Under the pieces are notes generated by a model. The model was not told the origin of the DNA. It saw only the letters and a list, made by a program, of their open reading frames with translations, and did no database searches. From Octopus bimaculoides (Eukaryota), in contig NC_068982.1 in the NCBI RefSeq assembly GCF_001194135.2, positions 115,930,355 through 115,970,214 of the forward strand: DNA of 39,860 nucleotides. Reading direction: 5' to 3'. Shown here one piece after another: positions 21,484 to 33,795 of the stretch. Position 1 is the stretch's first letter; each line of letters begins with the position of its first letter. Both the position numbers and the translations under genes were made by a program.

Positions 21484-22000
21484 ATCTAAAGGAAACTGGA
21501 AACCCGACCAAAACCTTTTAAGTGAAATTTGCTGGGTATAAACTGCGAAAGGCCCTCGGAGGAGGGGTCGTTTCTGATTTTGGGTGGTAGACTCAATAAA
21601 TCGGCCAATCGATAATTACTATCTGGCCCGCTTGTCCCAAACGGATCTCCCTTTGTTGCAAGCATTTGAGTGAAGTGTCCTGTTTAAGAATAACTCACTG
21701 CTTTCCCTTCACCACTGACGAAAGACCACTCATTAAATCATTAACTAAAAACTGATTTACTTAAAATCTCTATCGTTCCCATACAGCAAAATGTAAAAAT
21801 CCGGCTTAAAGCATTCTTAGTCATGAAAAGAGGAAAAAGAGAAACTCTGATTCATGATTATATGTTTAAGAAAGGAATGTAGAATTGACAAGTTTCCAAA
21901 TCGGGAATCGAAATCTGATCGAATACATAGACACAAATCTTCCACTTCACCTTTTCAAGAGGAGAGGTAATCATAATAGAGATAAAGTGTAGCAAGTGCT

Positions 22001-22470
22001 TTACCATACTGTGTACGTGGTAAGGCGATGTTACCATACAGTGTACATAGTACAGTGATGTTCCCATACCGCACACACAATAGGGCGAGGTTACCATATT
22101 GTATATGTAGTCAAGAGGTGTTACCGTACGGTGCACATAGTACAGATGTGTTACCATAAGGTGTATATAGTAGGACTATGTTACCATACTGCGTATGTAT
22201 AAAGGTGTCAACATCTGATGTACACAGTACAGCGGTGTAAATCGTATAGTAGTGTTACCATACGGTGTACGTAGTTTAGTAGTTCGTAACTATACTGTGT
22301 ATATAGCTCAAAAGTAAATCACCATACTGTATACATATTATACCTATGTTTCTATTGACTGTACCTAGTAAAGTAGATACTGTATGGTGTGTATAGTAGA
22401 GCGATGTTACCACAGTATGTACATAATATAATTATGCGTTATCATACCTGTGTTACCACAGTATACTCAG
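22001..22470. repeat. Diverged 30-bp minisatellite (consensus ~TTACCATACtGTGTAcaTAGtacagcgaTG)
   Basis: Seven units with an exact 30-bp period from 22001 to 22210, then degenerate units. A second degenerate block lies at about 22710-22950. Confidence 0.9.
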
Positions 22471-23015
22471 TCAAACGATGATGGAAATGGCAGAAGGGAG
22501 GCCGGGGTACAACTTTTCCTCTGCCTTTTTAAAAAAAAATTTCTATTCCTAGAAGCCTCTGATATTTATAGTATCTAATTACCCTACCTTCTCAATCTCA
22601 GCCTCATGTACTTTAGCGTACTCTTAATTCTTTAACTCTTATTTCCGTCTCTGATTTATCATATTGAGTAACCAATGAAACACTGATATCATGCCGTCTA
22701 AACAATTTAGCTATGTGTTACCATACAGAATATACAGTAAGCGATAACTGTGTAATTATATTGTACATACAGTCACTCGGTGTGTTCATACTGTGTTCGA
22801 AGTTTACATATTTATATTGTGTACAAAATTTAGCTGTGCTTATCATACTACGTACAACATTTTTATGGGTATTCACTTTACTGCACACAAAATTTAAACG
22901 TTGTTTACCATATTGCGTATTACCATTCAGGCCATACTGTGTGAATGTAACAATAATTTAATAAATATAGCGCAATGCTTTCACTTTATTTAGTAACAAC
23001 ATTTTTGCCGGTGCT

Positions 23016-23066
<51 letters not shown>

Positions 23067-23799
23067 CAAAATGGATCAGTTGAGATTATATATATACTAT
23101 ACCACATTACGAAAAATCTTTGAAATAAGGTGTTCGAAGAGAAGGGGTGGCCACAGCTAGAATGGCTTGCATCATTGATGAACATGGCAAATGCTACTTG
23201 GGGGTTAAACAAGAACAATACTACGAGTATGTACAAACGTATACAACTTTCTATATAGGAAGGATAAAAATGCCGCATCGATATAAACAAACAGTTGATA
23301 CGTAAGTGTCAACTAAATATTGATTAGCTCCAGGAAGAATATTTAGCAATCGCAATTTCTGGAATTTACCAGAACAGAAATTGTGATCACTCTGAGGACT
23401 TCTTACCTTTCACTCTCCTTAGTGGATTTTACGATATAGAATTATGGAATTAATATCACCCAAACAACTTCGATAAACGATATGGTCACGCAATTTTTGG
23501 CTTATATATCGAATAAATCATTATTGTCACTAAATCGATTATATTTAGTGATATAATTACTAAATATAATTAGTGAAAATCTTGTACCTAAAGTAAACAA
23601 AATAGAACATTCTCTAATGAAAAATATATTGCTGATATATTATTATACACACACACACAGCCTCACAAATATTTATGTATTGGTTTCAATCCCTGGGCTG
23701 CGGTCATGCCGAGTACCACGTTCTGGGATTTTCTTCTCCCTACTTTGTTATCAATAATTGAGTTTGTAGTACACACACACGATCTCACTTCCTTTGCAC

Positions 23800-24380
23800 T
23801 TACTCCGAATGCTGAATCTCAGTATCACCGACGATCTTTACTGGCGAAAGCACATCGTTAGCATAGCTAGGAAATATTCTCACAGCGGCACTGTCATGGT
23901 ATTAGCTGTCAGTAGCCAAAGAATCAACTCAAACTAGCAGTAACGTTCCTTCAGATTTTTCTACTTTCACTTTTGACAGCTAATACCATGACAGTACCCC
24001 AACAGCTGTTGATGACAGTCCTCAAGGTTCAAATGAGTGGTCCAACGGGGTACTACGCTCACATTTGAGCTGATACTCCTACGGATATATACATGATAGA
24101 CAGCATCTAGTGAAAGACCACTCGGGCAATAATTAACATGCTGCATAAGTGTACTGTTCCCTTTCTCGGTCTTCTCTATCACTAGAATGAGCTGAATGGT
24201 CACATACTTCCACCTCAAGTATCACAGATCTACACGTCTCTTCTCTGCACCACCATGCATATCCAAAATACCCAGATAAATATTCCTCTCCAGAACATCA
24301 GATCACTGGAATCTTTTCCCTTTCACCTCCTCATGCCTATCCTGTAGGTATTGAACTTAATGTATAAGAACATTAACGGT
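23800..24380 (+). mobile_element. Decayed CR1/L2-clade LINE 3' (RT thumb/C-terminal) fragment
   Basis: Frameshifted peptides LSITDDLYWRKHIVSIARK, PQQLLMTVLKVQMSGPTGYYAHI*A, IDSI**KTTRAIIN, RSTRLFS and FLSRTSDHWNLFP resemble the LINE RT C-terminus (SWKKHI..., LYKAQIRPTMEYCSHIW, FFPRTSxLWNSLP). Confidence 0.7.
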
Positions 24381-24889
24381 GTGAAGTTCACTGATGACGG
24401 AGAAACTTGCAAGGTTAATGGGCCATATGGAATTCGTTAAGGGAATTCCAAGCAAGGTATATCTTTTTCTCCCATGACCGGAAAACTGAAAAAAGTGACG
24501 GTCGTTTGCAACTACCGTGCGACACCAAAACGGGTAGACGCAACACTCGCGGGCGCAAACACGGATTTGTACATTATACACACACACACAAACACAAAGC
24601 TGGATTCTTCCAGAATCTACAAAATCTATCCACGAAACTTAGGGAAGCCTGGGGTTAGGGTTGAAGGCACTTGCCCAAAATGCCGGCGCAATGGGATGGA
24701 TTCGAACCAAAAACGGCAAAATTCGGAAGCAAGTAAGCAAAAGAAAATAAAAAATAAAAAATAAAGCCATGCTATGTATAACTATGTGCGTATATGCACA
24801 TACACACAACATAAATGTAAACATATGCACACACACACTTTATATACATGTATATCTGCACATAAGCACACGCACACAAACACATATAT

Positions 24890-24965
24890 ATACATACAAC
24901 ATTTATATATACATCTATGTATATGCATATATATTTATGTATACACACACACATTCATATATATA

Positions 24966-24997
<32 letters not shown>

Positions 24998-25168
24998 CAT
25001 ACACATTTATACACACACACACACATATATATATATACACACACACACATATATATACACACATTTATATATATATATATATATACATACACATTTATAT
25101 ATATATATATATATAAATGTGTATGTGTGTATATATATGTGTATGTGTGTGTATATGTGTACACACAC

Positions 25169-25210
<42 letters not shown>
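24890..25210. repeat. Compound TA/CA/TG microsatellite
   Basis: Direct inspection. Confidence 0.95.
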
Positions 25211-25213
<3 letters not shown>

Positions 25214-25375
25214 CGACGGGCTTCTTTCAGTTTCCGTCTACCAAATCCACTCACAAGGCTTTGGTCGGCCCGAGGCTATAGTAGAAGACATTTGCCCAAG
25301 GTGCCACGCTGTAGGACTGAACCCGGAATCATGTGGTTGTTAGGCAAGCTACTTACCACACAGACACTCCTGCCT
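25211..25375 (-). mobile_element. SINE head module (composite family)
   Basis: atacgacgggcttctttcagtttccgtctacc...cttaccacacagacactcctgcct is nearly identical to the head of the 28279-28699 copy. Confidence 0.88.
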
Positions 25376-25446
25376 ATATATATATATATACACTCACGTA
25401 TACACACACATCTATATACACACACAAATTTATATATATATATATA

Positions 25447-25766
25447 TATACATGTATACACGTATATACATACATGTATATACATGTATACACGTATATA
25501 CACACATGTATACACGTATATACACACATGTATACACGTATATATACACATGTATACACGTATATATACACACATGTATACACGTATATATACACACATG
25601 TATACACGTATATACACACATGTATACACGTATATACACATGTATACACGTATATACACACATGTATACACGTATATACACACATGTATACACGTATATA
25701 CACACATGTATACACGTATATACACACATGTATACACGTATATACACACATGTATACACGTATATA
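25447..25766. repeat. Homogeneous ~20-24-bp minisatellite (catgtatacacgtatatacaca)n running into a gap
   Basis: More than a dozen near-identical units are visible. Confidence 0.95.
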
Positions 25767-26608
25767 NNNNNNNNNNNNNNNNNNNNNNNNNNNNNNNNNN
25801 NNNNNNNNNNNNNNNNNNNNNNNNNNNNNNNNNNNNNNNNNNNNNNNNNNNNNNNNNNNNNNNNNNNNNNNNNNNNNNNNNNNNNNNNNNNNNNNNNNNN
25901 NNNNNNNNNNNNNNNNNNNNNNNNNNNNNNNNNNNNNNNNNNNNNNNNNNNNNNNNNNNNNNNNNNNNNNNNNNNNNNNNNNNNNNNNNNNNNNNNNNNN
26001 NNNNNNNNNNNNNNNNNNNNNNNNNNNNNNNNNNNNNNNNNNNNNNNNNNNNNNNNNNNNNNNNNNNNNNNNNNNNNNNNNNNNNNNNNNNNNNNNNNNN
26101 NNNNNNNNNNNNNNNNNNNNNNNNNNNNNNNNNNNNNNNNNNNNNNNNNNNNNNNNNNNNNNNNNNNNNNNNNNNNNNNNNNNNNNNNNNNNNNNNNNNN
26201 NNNNNNNNNNNNNNNNNNNNNNNNNNNNNNNNNNNNNNNNNNNNNNNNNNNNNNNNNNNNNNNNNNNNNNNNNNNNNNNNNNNNNNNNNNNNNNNNNNNN
26301 NNNNNNNNNNNNNNNNNNNNNNNNNNNNNNNNNNNNNNNNNNNNNNNNNNNNNNNNNNNNNNNNNNNNNNNNNNNNNNNNNNNNNNNNNNNNNNNNNNNN
26401 NNNNNNNNNNNNNNNNNNNNNNNNNNNNNNNNNNNNNNNNNNNNNNNNNNNNNNNNNNNNNNNNNNNNNNNNNNNNNNNNNNNNNNNNNNNNNNNNNNNN
26501 NNNNNNNNNNNNNNNNNNNNNNNNNNNNNNNNNNNNNNNNNNNNNNNNNNNNNNNNNNNNNNNNNNNNNNNNNNNNNNNNNNNNNNNNNNNNNNNNNNNN
26601 NNNNNNNN
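25767..26608. other. Assembly gap (N-run)
   Basis: Run of N. Confidence 1.
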
Positions 26609-26635
26609 CCAGATTACATATACTCCATCTCCACC

Positions 26636-26782
26636 CCTGTAACTTCGCGGTTCGACAATAAGAGCTGCCAGAATAAATACCCGGCTTAAAAAATAAATTA
26701 CTGGAGTCTATATACTCGACTTAAAACTTTTCAAGGCGGTGCCCCAGTATAGCCGCAGTTCAAAGACTGAAACAAGATACAG
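26636..26782 (+). mobile_element. SINE 3' module (composite family), diverged
   Basis: ctgtaacttcgcggttcgac...aaggcggtgccccagtatagccgcagttcaaagactgaaacaag matches the 3' module of the 32471-32865 copy. Confidence 0.7.
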
Positions 26783-27474
26783 ATACATACACACACTCAT
26801 TTACATACATCTACATGATGTACGATAACGCTATAGCGGATTTTTAAAACATATTTTATTATCTTTACTCGGGTATTTTCTCTCACTTCATTGCAATCCT
26901 TTCATCGAAACCCCCCCCGAAAAACAAATGAGTATAAATATACTCAACAAGTATATGTGTGCGTCTGCGTACACACAAATGTACATATCAGCATATAAAA
27001 CCACAATCACTCTGTACCTGTTCCAGAAGTTTTACCTTATATGTCATTTCCGCTTCAGGTTTTCATTTAAAAAGAAAACCATATATAAAGCAGAAAAAAA
27101 AACAACAACAACAAATAAACAATTTGACTTTACTTCATAATTTAGTATGATATGATTAGGGATTACAAAGGTGCCCTTAATGAATTATTTATCACCCAAC
27201 AATAAAGTTCTATGGTATCTTCATTCCTTTAGACACTAATGAGAGAAACTGCAGTTTAGCGGTTTGGTCGACCCACTAGAAATAACAACCTAATCTTCCT
27301 TTAAATTACATTGTAACGTCTTAAGTTAGCTGAGATGGTAGTAACCGGAATGATTGACCACAGGGTTGCGGTATCAGGATTAACATGGTGGGGTGTACAA
27401 GTAACACCCCAAGGTACAGAGGGTTCATTGAAGGGAAACAACTCTCACTGGATCTCACTCTCTCCCTATATATG

Positions 27475-27518
<44 letters not shown>

Positions 27519-28152
27519 GGTATGTGTGTATGTGTGTGTAAAACATTAAAATTCATGAAACACCCTCAGATATAATAAATATAAACAATTTTGAATGATT
27601 GTAAATGCGTTTTTATAATCCTATATTGAATATGAAAAGAGATAGATGAATGAGGGTTGGAAAAGAATATGGATAAATAATTTACCTGGTTGTTATTTGA
27701 AGTCTGTGCAACCAGTAAAGCCAAGCCGAGAGAAACCGTGCTACCAACTCAAACAAATATCCCCAATGTATCGTCCCGCTACAATGATATCAACTGATGT
27801 TGTCAGAACATGTTCACGTGTAAACTGTAATTCAGCCAATCATGTTAGACCACCCACTTGCTGACAGCCAATGGCAGGCACAGCTTCTGCATGATCTTAC
27901 AACTAGACCGCATGACTTGGTATAGACATATCACCTCAGAATTTGCTTGCGTGACACAGGAATTGAGGGTTAAACCGGGTTTATCTATATCTGCCTATTT
28001 ATATCTCCACACACACACCTTGGTACACACTGCTTATTTTTATTTATTTACATAATATCCATTATTTATCAACACAAACCACATGCTACACTTGTTCTAC
28101 TTCTGTGTGTGTGTGTGTGTGTGCCTGGGTATACACACATACTCTCACACAA

Positions 28153-28189
<37 letters not shown>

Positions 28190-28278
28190 ACAAAAAATAC
28201 TACATTTTTAAACAGATCTACATGATAGAAAAGTGGGATGCTCATTCGTTTTCCAAAAGTATTTTACANNNNNNNNNN

Positions 28279-28699
28279 TATACTCTTTACTCTTTTACTC
28301 TTTTACTTGTTTCAGTCATTTGACTGCGGCCATGCTGGAGCACCGCCTTTTGTCGAGCAAATCGACCCCAGGACTTATTCTTTAGAAGCCTAGTACTTAT
28401 TCTATCGGCTCTATTGCCGAACCGCTAAGTTACGGGGACGTAAACATACCACCATCGGTTGTCAAGCGATGTTGGGGGGATAGACACAGACACACAAACA
28501 TACACACACACATACATACATATACATATATACATATATACGACAGGCTTCTTTCAGTTTCCGTCTACCAAATCCACTCACAAGGCTTTGGTCGGCCCGA
28601 GGCTATGGTAGAAGACACTTGCTCAAGGTGCCACGCAGTGGGAATGAACCCGGAAGCATGTGGTTGGTAAGCAAGCTACTTACCACACAGCCACTCCTG
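28279..28699 (-). mobile_element. Essentially full-length composite tRNA-derived SINE
   Basis: Tail (tactcttt)n, 3' module, CA/TA linker, and a head with A box (tggctgtgtgg) and B-box-like ggttcattccc. Preceded by a 10-N gap at 28269-28278. Confidence 0.9.
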
Positions 28700-28961
28700 A
28701 TACGTATCTTGTTTCAGTCATTAGACTGCGATCATACTGGGGCACCACTTTGGAGAATTTTTAATCGAATGTATCAATCCCAGTACTTATTTTTTTTTAG
28801 AGCCTGTTACTTATTCTATCGGTTGTCTGGTGGTGGAGTCGGGGAACAAACACAGGCGCAAACACACACACACAGATATGTATACATCAGGTCATCCCAT
28901 AAGTTCTGTCCGAATTTTGAATAAAGAAAACAAGTGATCAAATGTTATACTTAACTGAAAT

Positions 28962-29436
28962 TTAATCGTCAATGTACTTTCCCTAATTATCTATGACTTC
29001 CTTCCATCTATTTACAAGTTTTTTAATCCCATCAATGTAAAATTCTTTTGGTTTCAAAGCAAGGAACTCTGTATTGTCAGTTTCGACATCCTCCTGGCTT
29101 GCAAAAGTTATGTCCCCCAAATGATTCCGTAAACTACGAAACAAATGATAGTCTGGAGCAAGGTCGAGCGAATAAGGTGGATGAGGAATTTTTTCCCGAC
29201 CAAGCTCTTCGCTCTTCTGTGATGTGATCTTTGCAGTGTGGGGTCGCGCATTATCCTGATGAAACATCACTCTTTTTCGATTCACTAAAGCGGGTCTTTT
29301 TTTTTTCTCCAAAGTTTGGTTCAAACACTCTAATTGCTGACAGTAGACTTGAGCATTGATTGTTGCATTAGGTGGTAACAATTCAAAGTGAATTACTCCT
29401 TTGTAATCTCACTAGATAGAGAGAAGAACCTTTTTC
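28962..29436 (-). pseudogene. Mariner transposase pseudogene, C-terminal catalytic part (N-terminus in the gap)
   Basis: KKVLLSI**DYKGVIHFELLPPN...HQDNARPHTA...HPPYSLDLAPDYHLFRSL...RWKEVIDN*GKYIDD*. The conserved WW is mutated to TAG TGA, the Ser of LAPSDY is missing (33 instead of 34 residues between the Asps), and there is a premature TAG at 28983. Confidence 0.93.
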
Positions 29437-30014
29437 NNNNNNNNNNNNNNNNNNNNNNNNNNNNNNNNNNNNNNNNNNNNNNNNNNNNNNNNNNNNNNNN
29501 NNNNNNNNNNNNNNNNNNNNNNNNNNNNNNNNNNNNNNNNNNNNNNNNNNNNNNNNNNNNNNNNNNNNNNNNNNNNNNNNNNNNNNNNNNNNNNNNNNNN
29601 NNNNNNNNNNNNNNNNNNNNNNNNNNNNNNNNNNNNNNNNNNNNNNNNNNNNNNNNNNNNNNNNNNNNNNNNNNNNNNNNNNNNNNNNNNNNNNNNNNNN
29701 NNNNNNNNNNNNNNNNNNNNNNNNNNNNNNNNNNNNNNNNNNNNNNNNNNNNNNNNNNNNNNNNNNNNNNNNNNNNNNNNNNNNNNNNNNNNNNNNNNNN
29801 NNNNNNNNNNNNNNNNNNNNNNNNNNNNNNNNNNNNNNNNNNNNNNNNNNNNNNNNNNNNNNNNNNNNNNNNNNNNNNNNNNNNNNNNNNNNNNNNNNNN
29901 NNNNNNNNNNNNNNNNNNNNNNNNNNNNNNNNNNNNNNNNNNNNNNNNNNNNNNNNNNNNNNNNNNNNNNNNNNNNNNNNNNNNNNNNNNNNNNNNNNNN
30001 NNNNNNNNNNNNNN
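29437..30014. other. Assembly gap (N-run) inside the mariner element
   Basis: Run of N. Confidence 1.
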
Positions 30015-30539
30015 TAATTAGTTTAAATGTACACAAATGCATAAAAATAATTTTTAATTCCATTAGACATTCTAAAATACTATTAAATTTCATTCAATTT
30101 TAAAAAAAGGTAAAATCGGACAGAACTTATGGGATGACCTGGTAGATATACTCGACGGGCTGCTTTAAGTTTCCGCCTACCAAATCCACTCAGTTGGGTT
30201 TGGTCTGGCCGAGGCTTTATATATATATTTTAATTGTTGTGTGAGAAAGTATATATAATCTTATTATGAAATATAGTGTCTTTCAAAAACATCCTATATT
30301 TGAAACTATATCTCATGTTTAAGAAAAGAAAAAAAGCATTTTACGCTGACACTTACTCTGTCTTCCTTACTTATCTTTTCTTTCGTTAGACGCTTTCTGT
30401 CTCCCTCTCCCACTTTTTCTTTACTATTTTTTGTTTGACGCTAGCAAACAATCTCTATCTGTCCCTCATTCCCCCTCTCACACACAGACATATACATCAA
30501 CACACAATTTCTCTCTCTCCCTCACTCGCATACGCACAC

Positions 30540-30776
30540 TTTGACTTCGCCATGTTAGCAAACTTCAAAATTGGTTAAAGTTATGGTTGAAAATCGATAT
30601 TTACATCTATACGCGGGTGCTTCCGAGAGAAAAAGTTGATGAAAATGCAGATAGGGTCATGATGAATGTCCTCTTAAAATTGGAGCGACATGCGTGCTAA
30701 TTTGTGGACGTGCATAAATTATATTCACGTACACACACACACACACACACACATCCTACCTTTTATATATACAGAT
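30540..30776 (+). mobile_element. Possible non-autonomous Helitron/Helentron-like (HINE/DINE-type) 3' end
   Basis: ...aatttgtggacgtgcataaattatattcacgt(ac)n atcctaccttttatatatacagat: a subterminal microsatellite plus a ttttatatata-gat end and no TIR. Classification is by recalled resemblance only. Confidence 0.35.
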
Positions 30777-31067
30777 ATAAAGGCATATATATGTATATAA
30801 ATGTATATCAGCACACACATACACACACACACACATACCTGTATGTCGCGAAATGCATTATCGAAGCTGACCGTCTGTTATGTTTGTAGGGTATTTAATT
30901 CGAAGGATATTTGACTGTTATTTTTAGCTGCTTGAGCTACTGAGCAGATATCCTTGTTGTTTCATGGCTGTTCTAATTCTTGTGTAACCCCAGCTTAACT
31001 CTGGTCGAGCATCCTAATGATAAAATATGCTCGAACTGTACCTTTTCAAACCCTTTTTAAGACGTTA

Positions 31068-31111
<44 letters not shown>

Positions 31112-31329
31112 ACATTTTAGTTATGAAGTCTTCTTCCTTTGTAAATTATGGGATGTTTTTCGACAACATGTTGCGGGAATGTAGACAGTATATACTGTTT
31201 AATGCTCGTGTTAGTGGGAGGTCAGCGTGGCCACGAGGTTTGAGATAACGCACCAGCTACCACTGCATTATAACCATTCTCAAAATTCTTGGTTCAATAT
31301 ACATATCATCAATTACTATTTTTTCTCGT

Positions 31330-31960
31330 ATTCCTTTCCTGAAGTGCGTAAACAGCTGTAAGTTGGTGACCACTTGGATAAGAAGGTGGTCACTAACTCG
31401 TTGAAAATGATGGTAAAATAGCGTACGTGTTTTCTCCCACATCATGTTACTCCCTTGGTCCAGCCGATGGATCAAGATAGAATTGTAGCCTGTAGACAAG
31501 ATTCTCCTGGTGATAGAAGAGGTCGGTTTTAGGGAAGACACATATGCCTAAAGCACTCTTAGTGACATCAGGAACTACAATCTCAAGTCTGCAATATTTA
31601 AAGTAAGAGCTTCATAGAAGACATTGATGACAATCACTTTCGACAACGCTTGAAAAAGCTTTTATACGATGTGGAGTTTTGAAGGATTCTAAGCAAGGAT
31701 TTTCGTCTATACTTCAGATGGTAGGCAAAACTAATATCACAGAATACAAGATCGGAAACAGGCAACAAAATATAGAACATAATCCTGGGCACCAAGATGA
31801 GGAAGAAGAGGTTGCAGATAAATTTCTCTTTGGTGACAACAGAGATAATGAAGATGATGAATACTACAAACGATTGTCCATGAAATCTGAAATCTCTGTT
31901 ACACAAAAACAATTTGATAACGTCAGTTCGTACATTGTCGTGTCAATAAAAACTGCAATA
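31330..31960 (+). pseudogene. Tigger/pogo-family (DDE_1) transposase remnant
   Basis: Frameshifted peptides FPEVRKQ, ENDGKIAYVF, FLPHHVTPLVQPMDQ (31431-31475; cf. FLPPNTTSLIQPMDQG) and IRNYNLKSAIF, then an acidic tail DEEEEVADKFLFGDNRDNEDDE. Confidence 0.8.
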
Positions 31961-32288
31961 TCATCTCAGAACCTTAAAATAGCTTATAATATAAGCTTAT
32001 AATATAGAACATTAATAAGCAAGAATCATTCTTCATGTTAATTCATTCCAATGCTGCTGCAGCTGTTAGACCGGCAGGTGATGTGCATATTCTACACGTT
32101 GTTAACTCCGTCCCTCTTGTGTCACCTCAGACTTCTACCAATGAGGAGCAACAAAGACCAGTGGAGTATCATAGCTCTACTAACTCATAATAACAAGCTA
32201 ATACTTTTATAATTAATCCTACCGCTACCACATCAAGTTCATCTACCACATACCACAGATAAATGAAATTAACAATTTATCATATTAA

Positions 32289-32911
32289 CTCATTAAGCCC
32301 CACTGTCCTATAAATAGGACACTAAATGTGAACATTAAATAAGCTATGTCACATTGTCTCAGAGTCTTATTTATAGGACAGCGAGTATTTCCATTTCTAC
32401 TTGAAGTAAAGGAGTTTTAATAATTTTTTTTTTTAACATATTTTTAATCATCTGTAAACATATAGCTATAGGCGCAGGAGTGGCTGTGTGGTAAGTAGCT
32501 TGCTTACCAACCACATTGTTCCGGGTTCATATATATATATATGCATGTGTGTGTATATGTTTGTGTGTGTATATGTTTGTGTGTGTATATGTTTGTGTGT
32601 GTATATGTTTGTGTGTGTATATGTTTGTGTATGTATATGTTTGTGCGTGTATATGTTTGTGTGTGTGTGTGTGACCCCCAGCATCGCTTGACAACCGATG
32701 GTGTGTTTACGTCCCCGTAACCTAGCGGTTCGGCAAAAGAGAACAATAGACTAAATACTAGGCTTACAAAGAATAAGTTCAGGGGTCGATTTGCTCGACT
32801 AAAGGTGGTGCTCCAGCATGGCCGCAGGCAAAAATGACTGAAACAAGTAAAAAAGTAAAAGAGTATATGAAAGTAATATGCAGAAATTTAAGTACTCTGG
32901 GACTTAATGGG
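32289..32911. mobile_element. piggyBac-type MITE with TTAA TSDs, interrupted by a SINE
   Basis: TTAA at 32285-32288 and 32912-32915. TIRs ctcattaagcccc versus the reverse complement cccattaagtccc match 11/13. An internal 13-bp IR occupies 32303-32315 and 32369-32381. Confidence 0.7.
32471..32865 (+). mobile_element. Composite SINE lacking the post-B-box core segment, nested in the MITE
   Basis: ggcgcaggagtggctgtgtggtaag...ccgggttca joins directly to the TA/TG linker (16-bp atatgtttgtgtgtgt repeats), followed by the 3' module and a gtaaaagagta tail. Confidence 0.88.
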
Positions 32912-33599
32912 TTAACTTGAAATTTAATATGCCACAATGTTGTGTGAAAGTGAGAGTGTTAGTGGATAGGGTGTCGGTCACTCGATTGAAAATTCGTGGG
33001 TACGGTTTCTGGATTATGCGATATGCTTGAACAAAGCACAAGCCAACCGCTGATGCAGTCCTGTCTCCTTCCAGCTGTTACAGCCTCGATGTTCTGCTGC
33101 GTCTCGGATGAGTGGAGCGAAAGGGTGTCTATGTCTGCTCGCGACTACTTAGACACCTAAAACAATTACAGAAGACATGATGTAAGCCACCACGTCATAC
33201 TCGCTCGCGAGTTATTCTAAGATTTACTCTTTACTGAGTGTTAAAAGAATTTATAAAATATATATTATAGGTTTTATATAGCCATAATGTTTATAGTATT
33301 TTTTTTTGTAATTTTGCAAATTTTTTCAAGTTTAGAGTATACAGTTAATGTTGTATACATATATAACATTAACCATACCCTCGATTAATACAGACAATAT
33401 TTTAAAACAGTACGTTTAGCGGGGTAAACCGTTCGTCCATATATAGAAATTTGCAATAAGGTTGTGAAATATTTCTAGTTGTCTACCGTCGTCGGTGTTT
33501 TTATTGGTGGTGATGAGAAGTTGTAGTGGCTGTTTTGTCATTGTCCTGTGATTCGCAGCACAAAGTACAATAGACAGTATAAAATCATCTGATACCCAT

Positions 33600-33648
<49 letters not shown>

Positions 33649-33795
33649 ACACAAGCACACACACACATGTAAGCACGCACGAACGCGCGCACACACACAC
33701 GTCCTTCCATTGAAAGTAACTTGTCAACTAATTTGTTTGACAAGTACAACTTCGAATTTTCTTTTATTATTCTACTAGCTTTACTGAATAGACTA

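Larger units (their letters stand above)
28887..30142 (-). mobile_element. Mariner (DD34D-type) transposon, ~1.26 kb with both TIRs, inserted in the microsatellite linker of a SINE
   Basis: TIR core caggtcatcccataagttctgtccga occurs at 28888-28913 and inverted at 30116-30141, with TA at the right flank. Host SINE halves lie at about 28708-28884 and 30145-30219. Confidence 0.92.

Noticed and set aside
22001-22210. Regular 30-bp period with a conserved core, superficially CRISPR-like
   Set aside because: Eukaryotic context and no cas genes. The variable parts are diverged copies of one unit rather than unique spacers, and the repeats are not identical.
24769-26689. Many long ORFs (up to 590 aa) rich in Y/I/H/T/C/V
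   Set aside because: They are translations of TA/CA micro- and minisatellites and N-gaps.
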